NCBI GenBank assembly: GCA_964507065.1 | Contig: CAZDON010000002.1 | Location: 1-41,647, forward strand | Direction of reading: 5' to 3' | Source: an uncultured Ruminococcus sp. | GTDB taxonomy: Bacteria; Bacillota; Clostridia; Oscillospirales; CAG-272 | Length of the DNA stretch: 41,647 bases | Shown: one piece after another, positions 25,694-33,437 of the stretch | How the letters are laid out: each line of letters starts with the position of its first letter | Position numbering within the stretch: the stretch's first letter is position 1 | The notes under the pieces: generated by a model | Seen by the model: only the letters and a program-made list of their open reading frames with translations | Told to the model about the DNA's origin: nothing | The model's database searches: none | Made by a program: the position numbers and the translations under genes

Positions 25694-26487
25694 TGAAAAG
25701 CACGGTAACGCTGATTACACTATGCGACCTTTTATTCATACTTCTTCTCTCCGTTTCGGGAAGCACGCGCGGTGTCAGCTCTGATATTATATATTACCTT
25801 GCCTTTATCGCACCCGTCCTTATCTGCATTTTTATGTCTAAGGACAGGGGCTGCTCACTTAAGCTCGGTGTGCGCGCTAAGGATATTCCGCCCCTTTTGC
25901 TTCAGGTGCCCGTGGCAATATCGGTTATAGTTCTTTTCGCCTACCTGACCACGCTTCTTATGGGGGCGTTTGGCTTCGAGAACACCGCCACGGTAGAGGG
26001 TCCTCTTCCTCTGGCGCTTTTGCTTCACGCGCTTGTACCCTCGGTGCTTGAGGAGCTGCTTTTCCGCTACGTGCCCATACGGCTGATGAGGGATAAAAGC
26101 CCTCGCGTGACGGTGCTCATTTCGGCAATTCTCTTTGCGCTGTGCCACACGAATCTCTTTCAGCTTCCCTACGCGCTCGTCGGCGGTATTATACTGTGTG
26201 CTGTCGATATCGCGTACGGCAGTATTCTTCCGTCTTTTATCATTCACTTTATAAACAATTCCCTTTCCGTCATTACTATGCTCTACCCCGACGCGTCACT
26301 TCCCGTGTTTATTACACTGGGCGGCGTCAGTCTGCTCTCGCTCGGCTTGCTGCTTATAAAACGCGAGTGGCTTCGTCCGCTGAGGGCGGCATTTTCCGGG
26401 GGAGATGACGAGAGTGTAGGCTACGCGCCGATAGCGCTTGGGGTAGTATCACTCACCGTTGCCGTAACCACGCTCGTAATGACCTGA
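25690..26487 (+). CDS. CPBP-family intramembrane glutamic protease (CAAX protease / Abi-like)
   Basis: Motifs EELLFRY, FALCH and HFINN in a polytopic membrane protein. Its ATG overlaps the rnr stop (ATGA). Confidence 0.8.
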   Translation: MMKSTVTLITLCDLLFILLLSVSGSTRGVSSDIIYYLAFIAPVLICIFMSKDRGCSLKLGVRAKDIPPLLLQVPVAISVIVLFAYLTTLLMGAFGFENTATVEGPLPLALLLHALVPSVLEELLFRYVPIRLMRDKSPRVTVLISAILFALCHTNLFQLPYALVGGIILCAVDIAYGSILPSFIIHFINNSLSVITMLYPDASLPVFITLGGVSLLSLGLLLIKREWLRPLRAAFSGGDDESVGYAPIALGVVSLTVAVTTLVMT

Positions 26488-26516
26488 GAATATAACGATT
26501 TAAGGAGGAATAAACG

Positions 26517-27098
26517 GTGACCGACCTTCAGGATTTTCTATCTGAACAGCTAAAGGATGCGGAATATAAAGAAGAATACGACGCGCACAGCGGAGATACC
26601 GCAGCCCTTGACAATGAGCAGGATACTCCCCTCACCCCAAGTGACGACGATATCCGCTTTATGCGTCTTGCGCTTGAAGAGGCACGCCTGGCAGGTGAGC
26701 GCGACGAGGTACCGATAGGTGCGGTTATAGTCAGGGGTGGCGAGGTAATTGCCACCGCGGGAAACGAAAGAGAATGCTCACGCTGTGCCACTCATCACGC
26801 CGAGCTTCTTGCGATAGAGCGCGCCTGCCACGCACTTGGCGGCTGGCGTATTCCAGGTGCGACGCTTTACGTGACGCTTGAGCCGTGCGCTATGTGTGCG
26901 GGTGCTATTATTAATTCAAGAATTGACCGAGTGGTATTCGGTGCGTACGATACGAGATTCGGCGCGCTGGGGTCGCTCGTCAACCTGAACACACTCGGCT
27001 TTAATCACAGCTTTGAGCTTCTCGGCGGTGTTCTTATGGACGAGTCGCGAGCGCTGCTCTCAGATTTCTTTAAGAAAAAAAGGAAGAAGAATTGCTAA
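26517..27098 (+). CDS. tadA: tRNA adenosine(34) deaminase TadA with a ~48-aa N-terminal extension
   Basis: HAELLAIE and PCAMCAGAI zinc motifs. GTG start 8 nt after AGGAGG. The canonical TadA N-terminus begins near FMRLALEEA. Confidence 0.85.
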   Translation: MTDLQDFLSEQLKDAEYKEEYDAHSGDTAALDNEQDTPLTPSDDDIRFMRLALEEARLAGERDEVPIGAVIVRGGEVIATAGNERECSRCATHHAELLAIERACHALGGWRIPGATLYVTLEPCAMCAGAIINSRIDRVVFGAYDTRFGALGSLVNLNTLGFNHSFELLGGVLMDESRALLSDFFKKKRKKNC

Positions 27099-27118
27099 AA
27101 TTCTTCTTCCTTTTGTTT
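27080..27118. terminator. Terminator overlapping the tadA stop, shared with the convergent XRE gene
   Basis: AAGGAAGAAGAATT-gctaa-AATTCTTCTTCCTT followed by ttgtttg. An A-run precedes it, so it could act in both directions. Confidence 0.7.
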
Positions 27119-27128
27119 GAGTTTACTC

Positions 27129-27362
27129 TCAATCCTCAAAATCATTAAAATAATCCCTGTCAAAAAATTCAGACAGCGTTATCCCCGCGCCCTGACAGAA
27201 CGCCTTTATCGTCGATACCTTAGAGCATTTCGTCCTGCCCCGAACCAAGTCATATATGGCAGACGGTGATTTGCCTCCGCCAAGCGTCGCCCTACATATC
27301 TTAATATCCTTTTCATTGACAATCTCGTCAATTCTTTTAATTATTGCTTCGTTTAAATTCAT
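27129..27362 (-). CDS. XRE-family helix-turn-helix transcriptional regulator (77 aa)
   Basis: The HTH_3 pattern is KICRATLGGGKSPSAIYDLVRGRTKCSKVSTIKAFCQGAGITLSEFF. GAGGTGG RBS. AT-rich codon usage. Confidence 0.8.
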   Translation of the reverse strand: MNLNEAIIKRIDEIVNEKDIKICRATLGGGKSPSAIYDLVRGRTKCSKVSTIKAFCQGAGITLSEFFDRDYFNDFED

Positions 27363-27371
27363 ACAACCACC

Positions 27372-27400
27372 TCGTGGAATTTCTTATCGCTGTTCCACGA
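27372..27400. promoter_or_regulatory. Operator O1: split palindrome next to the XRE gene RBS
   Basis: TCGTGGAA-13 nt-TTCCACGA. Same half-sites as O2 and O3. Confidence 0.6.
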
Positions 27401-27431
27401 ATTTATTATATGAATTTTTATAAATTTCATC

Positions 27432-27447
27432 TCGTGGAATTCCACGA
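27432..27447. promoter_or_regulatory. Operator O2: perfect 16-bp palindrome abutting the -35 box
   Basis: TCGTGGAATTCCACGA, 2 nt upstream of TTGACA. Confidence 0.7.
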
Positions 27448-27449
27448 AT

Positions 27450-27478
27450 TTGACAAAATCGCATTTATTTGTTATAAT
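27450..27478 (+). promoter_or_regulatory. SigA-type promoter of the DUF1273 gene
   Basis: TTGACA (27450-27455), 17-nt spacer, TATAAT (27473-27478). Perfect consensus. Confidence 0.7.
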
Positions 27479-27481
27479 ATT

Positions 27482-27497
27482 TCGTGGAGTTCCACGA
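27482..27497. promoter_or_regulatory. Operator O3: 16-bp palindrome (one mismatch) between the -10 box and the RBS
   Basis: TCGTGGAGTTCCACGA, 3 nt after TATAAT and directly before AAAGGAG. Centre-to-centre distance to O2 is 50 bp. Confidence 0.7.
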
Positions 27498-27510
27498 AAA
27501 GGAGCAGTAT

Positions 27511-28014
27511 ATGCGAGCTTGTTTTATAGGACATAGAACAATAACCAAAACCGATGAGCTTAAAGCTTTATTAAATCAAACTATAATAAAGCTTATAAAT
27601 TGCGGTGTAGATACATTCCTTTTTGGAAGCTCAAGCGAATTTAATGATTTGGCGTGGGAAGCGGTTACAGAATTAAAAAAGCATTATCCTACTCTCAAAA
27701 GAATATACGTGAGGTCTAGCTTTCAACATATAGATAATTCTTATGAAAAATATTTGCTTAAATTATATGAGGAAACATATTTTCCGCAAAAAATAAAAAA
27801 CGCTGGCAAATATTCTTATGTAGAACGCAATTATGAAATGATTGATAGCTCTAATTTTTGCATTTTTTATTACAATGAGAATTACACAGCTCCCTTTAAA
27901 AAACAAATCAAGCACGACAAGTTGCCACCGAAAACTCGAAATAGCGGCACTAAAATTGCATATAAATACGCATGTTATAAAAAGAAAACAATTATTAATC
28001 TATTTTGCAATTGA
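27511..28014 (+). CDS. SLOG-superfamily DUF1273 protein (YpsA/YoqJ-like)
   Basis: ORF track gives 27484..28014 (GTG). I prefer ATG 27511 (AAAGGAG 7 nt upstream). Blocks MRACFIGHR, FLFGSSSEFNDLAWEAV, YVERNYEMIDSSNFCIFYY and NSGTKIAYKYACYKKKTIINL follow the DUF1273 pattern as I recall it. Strongly AT-rich. Confidence 0.7.
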   Translation: MRACFIGHRTITKTDELKALLNQTIIKLINCGVDTFLFGSSSEFNDLAWEAVTELKKHYPTLKRIYVRSSFQHIDNSYEKYLLKLYEETYFPQKIKNAGKYSYVERNYEMIDSSNFCIFYYNENYTAPFKKQIKHDKLPPKTRNSGTKIAYKYACYKKKTIINLFCN

Positions 28015-28103
28015 TTAAATAATCAGAACTATATGCGTATAATTAATACCGTTTTGCTTATACTAAATTTGAGCAAATTCAAATTTTAGTTTACAAAAGC
28101 GGG

Positions 28104-29198
28104 GTGATAGGCATAAAAATCACACACGTAATATCCGACGGAAATATCGGAGGTGCAGGAGTGCTTCTTTCCTCTATTATATCGGGCACCTCGGGTGCGT
28201 TTGATACCGAGGTGATAGTACCGCGCACCTCACAGCTTTTATCAAGGCTAGGCGGTCTTGGCGCAAAAATCACCCCTCTTTCAATACACCCAGACAAAAC
28301 CTTCGCGCCCAGTGACGTGGCGACGCTATACCGCTATTTAAGGAAAAACACACCGGATGCGCTTCACTCACACGCAAGCCTTTCGTCGCGCGTGGCAGGA
28401 CGGCTTCTCGGTATATCGCGCCTTATTTCAACGAGGCACTGTGCTCTCTCGCCTAACGAAAAATCCCCTCTTCGCCGCCTTCTTTACAACAGGCTCACCG
28501 ACCTCACGGTATCAACCGCGGATTTCGCAACCGACGCCCTCGTGCGCGAGGGAGTGCCCAGAGAAAAAATCGTCACTATAAGAAACGGCAGCGAGAAAAA
28601 AGAGCGTCTTAGTGAGCAGGAGCGTGGTGAGCTTCGGCGCTCGCTCGGCATACCAGACGGTGCCGTGGTTATCGGCTGCTGTGCCAGGCTTGAGCCCGTC
28701 AAGGGTCACGACCTTATAATCCGTGCCGCAGCAAGACTAACTCCGCGCTTTGATATTCATCTTCTTTTCGTCGGTGGCGGAAGTGCTATGCCCTCGCTCC
28801 TTGAGCTTTGCGCATCACTCTCTATGCTTAGGCGCGTGCACTTTACGGGCTTCGTCACAAATCCGCACCCGTACCAGAGTATTTTTGATATCAACGTCAA
28901 CGCCTCACGGGGTACTGAAACCTCCTGCCTTGCGATAAGCGAATGTATGTCACTAGGCATTCCGTCGGTCGTATCGGACTATGGCGGAAATCCTGAGATG
29001 ATAGAGGACGGGGTATCGGGGCTTATCTTTGCGTGTGACGACGACGAGGCGCTGTCCGAGGCGCTCGCGCGTATGATGTCGGACCGCGCCCTTTACGAGA
29101 GGCTTGCCGCCAGCGCCTGCGGCAGCTTTGACAAAAGCTTTACGAAATCGAAAATGGTAAGCAGCTATCTTTCGTTTTATCTTGGGCTTCTCGGTTGA
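28104..29198 (+). CDS. Family 4 glycosyltransferase (GT-B, group 1)
   Basis: C-terminal block RLEPVKGHD..LLFVGGG..FTGFV..S.GTETSCLAISECMSLGIPSVVSDYGGNPEMIEDGVSG contains the E-x7-E motif. GTG start with a weak RBS. Confidence 0.8.
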   Translation: MIGIKITHVISDGNIGGAGVLLSSIISGTSGAFDTEVIVPRTSQLLSRLGGLGAKITPLSIHPDKTFAPSDVATLYRYLRKNTPDALHSHASLSSRVAGRLLGISRLISTRHCALSPNEKSPLRRLLYNRLTDLTVSTADFATDALVREGVPREKIVTIRNGSEKKERLSEQERGELRRSLGIPDGAVVIGCCARLEPVKGHDLIIRAAARLTPRFDIHLLFVGGGSAMPSLLELCASLSMLRRVHFTGFVTNPHPYQSIFDINVNASRGTETSCLAISECMSLGIPSVVSDYGGNPEMIEDGVSGLIFACDDDEALSEALARMMSDRALYERLAASACGSFDKSFTKSKMVSSYLSFYLGLLG

Positions 29199-29232
29199 CA
29201 TCCCCGTTTAAATATGCTAAAATATTCTCACT

Positions 29233-29739
29233 ATGAAAAAGGAATATCTTGAATGTGGAAAAATCCTCGCGCCTCACGGTGTCAGAGGACTTATTAAAGT
29301 AGAATCCTGGTGCGATTCACCCGAGGTTCTCATCGCGCAAAGGCGCGTTTTTCTCGCCGAGGGAGAAGGCTTTCGAGAAGTGAGAATTGAATCGTGCGTC
29401 AGACAGGCTCAGCATTTGCTTATGTCGCTTTCGGGCATAAACGACCGCGAAACGGTGCAGGCTATGAAGAACACCGTCCTTTATCTTAAGCGTGAGGATA
29501 TACCTCTTGAGGACGGCGCGTATTTTCTTCAGGATATTATAGGGCTTGATGCAATAGATATCGACACGGGTAAGGTCCTCGGCAGGGTTGAGGATATCAC
29601 CGATGCTGTGAGCAGCAGGCTTTTCGTCATTGGTACGGGTGAAAAAACTGTGCTCGTGCCCGACGTGGACGAATTCATTAAGGAGATAGACGAGGAGCGC
29701 GGTGTATTCATACGCGTAATTCCCGGTCTTTTCGACTGA
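29233..29739 (+). CDS. rimM: 16S rRNA processing protein RimM
   Basis: GKILAPHGVRGLIKVESWCDSPE N-terminal beta-barrel motif and a PRC-barrel C-terminus. Lies directly upstream of trmD. Confidence 0.85.
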   Translation: MKKEYLECGKILAPHGVRGLIKVESWCDSPEVLIAQRRVFLAEGEGFREVRIESCVRQAQHLLMSLSGINDRETVQAMKNTVLYLKREDIPLEDGAYFLQDIIGLDAIDIDTGKVLGRVEDITDAVSSRLFVIGTGEKTVLVPDVDEFIKEIDEERGVFIRVIPGLFD

Positions 29740-29740
29740 T

Positions 29741-30478
29741 ATGCACTATCACGTTATGACGCTTTTCCCTGAGCTTATCAGGGGTGTACTTCAAGAGAGC
29801 ATTATCGGTCGCGCACTCGACGCGGGGCTGATATCGCTCGACACCTACAATATAAGAGATTTCTCAACCGACAAGCACCGCAAGACGGACGACACTCCCT
29901 TTGGGGGCGGTGTGGGTATGGTTATGACCTGCCAGCCCGTCTTTGACTGTCTTGATGCCGTAAGGGCAAAAATCCCCGATGGCAGACGGACGAGGGTTAT
30001 TTACACCTCGCCCAAGGGCAGAGCGCTTACTCACGAGGTGGTGCGCGAGCTTTCACAGTATGACGAGCTTATATTTCTTTGCGGACACTACGAGGGCGTT
30101 GACCAGCGGATTATTGATGCCTGCGTGGACGAGGAAATCTCTATCGGTGACTACGTGCTGACGGGTGGCGAGCTTCCCGCCTGCATCATAATCGACGCCG
30201 TATCAAGACTTATCGACGGTGTGCTTTCTAAGCCTGAGTGCTATGAGAATGAGAGCATTGCCTCAGGTATTCTCGAATATCCGCAATATACCAAGCCGCG
30301 CGAGTTCCGCGGCATGACCGTGCCCCAGGTACTGTTCTCAGGCGACCACGCAAAAATTGACAGATGGCGGCTGGAAGCTGCCGTTGAGCTTACACGCACA
30401 CGCCGTCCTGACCTGCTTCGACTGCATCCCGAATACGAAGAGGCTCTAAAGCCTAAAAAATCAAGGTCAAAAAAATAG
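29741..30478 (+). CDS. trmD: tRNA (guanine37-N1)-methyltransferase TrmD
   Basis: Blocks HYHVMTLFPE, DDTPFGGGVGMVM, LCGHYEGVDQR, SIGDYVLTGGELPA and RRPDLL. Confidence 0.9.
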   Translation: MHYHVMTLFPELIRGVLQESIIGRALDAGLISLDTYNIRDFSTDKHRKTDDTPFGGGVGMVMTCQPVFDCLDAVRAKIPDGRRTRVIYTSPKGRALTHEVVRELSQYDELIFLCGHYEGVDQRIIDACVDEEISIGDYVLTGGELPACIIIDAVSRLIDGVLSKPECYENESIASGILEYPQYTKPREFRGMTVPQVLFSGDHAKIDRWRLEAAVELTRTRRPDLLRLHPEYEEALKPKKSRSKK

Positions 30479-30493
30479 TCGGGAGGTACGGCT

Positions 30494-32203
30494 TTGGGCG
30501 GTGTAATACTGAATTATCTGAGGTGCTACGAAAAAGATGCAGACGCCCTCGCAAAATTAAGGGCGGCAGGCTATGCAAATCGCATAATCGGTGCACTCTC
30601 TTTAGCACTCACACGCCCACTTAGCAAGCTACACGGGCACATATTACTCGTGGCTCGGCTTTTTCCAACGCCGAGGCACATGGGTGATGCTCTCATCTTT
30701 TCCGCGGCGGCGCTTATCGCGCTGACGGGCGTGCCGCTCGGTTATTCCGCGCACTCACCGCTCACCTCGTGCTCATTTGCCGTCACTCTTATCGCGCTTT
30801 CATTTATACTGTATAAATCCGACACGCCGCGGGGCATCCTTGCATTTTACCGCCTGCCGACAGTACACTCGTCCATATCCTCCGTTTTCGTATTCGGGGA
30901 TACGCGACACGGTGGGCACAGGTTATATATGCGAGCGCTCCTCGGTGTTTTTTTCGCGCTCGTTATAAGCGTTTTGCCTGATTCGGCGCTTCTTTTTTTG
31001 GCGGTGGCGGTGCTTTCGGTAAGGCTTCTCTCCCCTCTCGTCTGTCTTACCTTCGCCCTGGGGCTTCCCGTGCTTTACACGCTCGGTCATCCGTCGGCAC
31101 TCGTTTCGCTTTTCGTGCTTTTTGCATTTTTGATGATGCTGGCATTCGGAAAAAGGAGCATAATAACGCCCCTTGATATTGCCGTGGGATACCTTTGCCT
31201 TTTGTATTTAATATCGGGAGCTTTAGGCGGCGGACTATCCTCGGCAATTCTCACGGTGATGGCGGTGAGCGGCTATTTCATATCGTCGCGCCTTGTCAGA
31301 GGGGCGCGCATGGCGCGCACCGTAAACGACCTCTTCGTGCTCGTGTCGGCAATACACGCGACGGGTGCGCTGTTTGATTTTTTCCTCTTCCCCACCGTCC
31401 GCGAGGAATGGCTCGACCCCGAAGTATCAGGAAGCTTTGCCAGAATAGTCGGAAGCTTCTCAAACCCGAATATATTTGCGGTCTATCTTATTTTTGCCCT
31501 GATGCTCTCTTTATCTGGGGCGCTCGCAGCACGGGGGCTTCGGCGTATTTTCTTTACCGCGGCGGTGCTTCTTAATCTCGCGTGTATGCTTTTCACCTAC
31601 ACGAGAGGTGCGTATATCGCAATAATCCTCGGCGCCTTGCTCTTTGCCGCTCTTACGAAAAGACGCCTGCTTCGCATAGGAGCCGTGCTCGCACCCCTTG
31701 GCGTGAGTATCGGTCTTCTCGGCGGTTTTTTGGGGAGGCTAGCCACCTCGTTCAGTACGGCCGACGGCTCGATTTCATCAAGGCTGTCCATATGGCGCTC
31801 GTCGCTTCTTATGCTAAGGGATAATCTGATAACTGGGATAGGGGTTGGCGAGGGGCGCTTCACCGAGGCCTTTTCTGCATACGCCGAGGGCGGTGTCTTT
31901 GCGCCTCACAGTCATAATCTCTTTTTACAGCTTGCACTTGAAGGCGGTATTTTTGCGCTTTTTGCCTTTTTATATATTCTCTTGTGCGTCCTCAGAATTA
32001 CGGTAAGCTTTGGACGCAGACGAAGCCCTGACGAGTGCGGCTATATTGCCTACGGCTCGGTGTCAGCACTGTTTTCGGCAGCTATATTCGGGCTTACCGA
32101 TAATATCCTATACTCCTTGCCGATGGCGTTTCTGTTCTTCAGCTATCTCGGCATTGCCACCTCGCTTATGAGAGAGGACACCTCACGTATAGGGCAAATC
32201 TAG
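30494..32203 (+). CDS. O-antigen ligase / Wzy-type polymerase family membrane protein
   Basis: TTG start 6 nt after GGGAGG. It has 10 or more TM helices, and the FSNPNIFAVYL..TYTRGAYIAIILG..HSHNLFLQ blocks are typical of the Wzy_C family. Confidence 0.7.
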   Translation: MGGVILNYLRCYEKDADALAKLRAAGYANRIIGALSLALTRPLSKLHGHILLVARLFPTPRHMGDALIFSAAALIALTGVPLGYSAHSPLTSCSFAVTLIALSFILYKSDTPRGILAFYRLPTVHSSISSVFVFGDTRHGGHRLYMRALLGVFFALVISVLPDSALLFLAVAVLSVRLLSPLVCLTFALGLPVLYTLGHPSALVSLFVLFAFLMMLAFGKRSIITPLDIAVGYLCLLYLISGALGGGLSSAILTVMAVSGYFISSRLVRGARMARTVNDLFVLVSAIHATGALFDFFLFPTVREEWLDPEVSGSFARIVGSFSNPNIFAVYLIFALMLSLSGALAARGLRRIFFTAAVLLNLACMLFTYTRGAYIAIILGALLFAALTKRRLLRIGAVLAPLGVSIGLLGGFLGRLATSFSTADGSISSRLSIWRSSLLMLRDNLITGIGVGEGRFTEAFSAYAEGGVFAPHSHNLFLQLALEGGIFALFAFLYILLCVLRITVSFGRRRSPDECGYIAYGSVSALFSAAIFGLTDNILYSLPMAFLFFSYLGIATSLMREDTSRIGQI

Positions 32204-32240
32204 CTCTTATTCGTAAATAATAGTTATCATATATTAGGAT

Positions 32241-32609
32241 TTGATGAGAGATATGGTAAAATTCACTCTTTCAGACCTTTTTATTATTCTTATTATTATA
32301 GCGCTTTTATTTTCACTCGTTGCTTTTATCAGGTTCACGCTCTTTCGTGACGAGCACTATCACGGCACGCTGCGCATTACCTCACGCCCCTTGCCGACGG
32401 AGCTTGCACAGGGCGTGAGCGTCGGCGACGAGGTCTTTGACTGTATAACGAAGCGACGCATCGGTCGGATAAGCTCGGCGGTATTCAAGGAGCTGGACGG
32501 CACCTCGATAATAGAGCTTACGGTAGATGCTGAGCGCAAAATCAAATCAGGGGCAATTCGTACGAGGGAGCTTTATATCGAGCTTAACGGAGATGCTGTA
32601 TATGAATAA
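32241..32609 (+). CDS. Small N-terminally membrane-anchored protein (possibly DUF4330-like)
   Basis: One TM helix (LFIILIIIALLFSLVAFI) followed by a soluble domain. Start could be TTG 32241 or ATG 32244. Stop overlaps the next start. Confidence 0.5.
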   Translation: MMRDMVKFTLSDLFIILIIIALLFSLVAFIRFTLFRDEHYHGTLRITSRPLPTELAQGVSVGDEVFDCITKRRIGRISSAVFKELDGTSIIELTVDAERKIKSGAIRTRELYIELNGDAVYE

Positions 32610-33000
32610 ATCCGATTTGCGTGCAGGTTTGCTTTGCTCGGTTCTTTTGCTTGTGATAATTTTTCACGCACTCCCCGGCGCGAGCGCACCTCGACCTCTT
32701 GGCACGCTTACCCTGACCGCCTTGCCCGACGAAAAATCCACCCTGACTCTATCAGAGGCGGCAGCCGGCAGCGAGCTTATATGCGAGGGACGCTTTTCAT
32801 TTGTTTTTGATAGAATATCCGACACGGGTGCGGTGATTATGGCGAAGGGACGGTTAACCGATGCGGGATATATGCACGAGCACGGAAAGCTCCTTTCCAA
32901 AAATCAGCCGCTTGAGCTGATGCTGGAGGGCACGCTCGTTTGCACGAGAATATGGGATATCAGTATTGAGTTTAACAAGAATTTTGAATATTCCCGATAA
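32602..33000 (+). CDS. Small secreted or membrane-anchored hypothetical protein (132 aa)
   Basis: ORF track gives 32527..33000. I prefer ATG 32602, which overlaps the upstream stop (ATGAATAA) and gives MNKSDLRAGLLCSVLLLVIIFHALPGASA (signal-like). Confidence 0.5.
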   Translation: MNKSDLRAGLLCSVLLLVIIFHALPGASAPRPLGTLTLTALPDEKSTLTLSEAAAGSELICEGRFSFVFDRISDTGAVIMAKGRLTDAGYMHEHGKLLSKNQPLELMLEGTLVCTRIWDISIEFNKNFEYSR

Positions 33001-33017
33001 TTTTTTTAAATTTTCTA

Positions 33018-33046
33018 TTGATTTTTACTTTTTTATTTGTTATACT
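33018..33046 (+). promoter_or_regulatory. Candidate SigA-type promoter of the HPr-like gene
   Basis: TTGATT, 17-nt spacer, TATACT. Confidence 0.5.
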
Positions 33047-33079
33047 TACTATAATATTACTATTTGAGGGGTAAAACCT

Positions 33080-33343
33080 ATGATCACTCGCACCGTAACT
33101 ATGAAGAACGGCGCAGGACTTTATGCAGGTCCCGCTTCACTGTTCATAAGAAAGGCTAATAGCTACAACAGCTCCATCTGGATTGAGAAGGATGATTGCA
33201 GAGTTTCGGCAAAGAGCCTTCTCGGTGTTCTCTCACTCGGTATCAGCATGGGAACTAAAATTACCATTATAGCCGATGGCGAGGACGAAGAGGATGCGGC
33301 TGCAGGTCTCGCGGAGCTTATCGACAGCGGGGCTAATGGCTGA
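33080..33343 (+). CDS. HPr-family protein lacking the PTS phospho-histidine (Crh-like; Tyr15, Gly17, Ser46 retained)
   Basis: 87 aa. Aligns residue for residue with HPr/Crh: GAGLY15AG17PAS in place of G-[IL]-H-A-R-P-A, and VSAKS46LLGVLSLG is conserved. Confidence 0.8.
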   Translation: MITRTVTMKNGAGLYAGPASLFIRKANSYNSSIWIEKDDCRVSAKSLLGVLSLGISMGTKITIIADGEDEEDAAAGLAELIDSGANG

Positions 33344-33354
33344 CAAGTTACAAT

Positions 33355-33392
33355 AAAAGAGGCTGAGCCGCGCTACGCTCAGCCTCTTTTAT
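33355..33392 (+). terminator. Rho-independent terminator after the HPr-like gene
   Basis: AAAAGAGGCTGAGC-cgcgctac-GCTCAGCCTCTTTT followed by at. Confidence 0.85.
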
Positions 33393-33437
33393 CTTCACCA
33401 ACTATCATCAACGAAAAAAGAAAGGAGCTACACGCAT

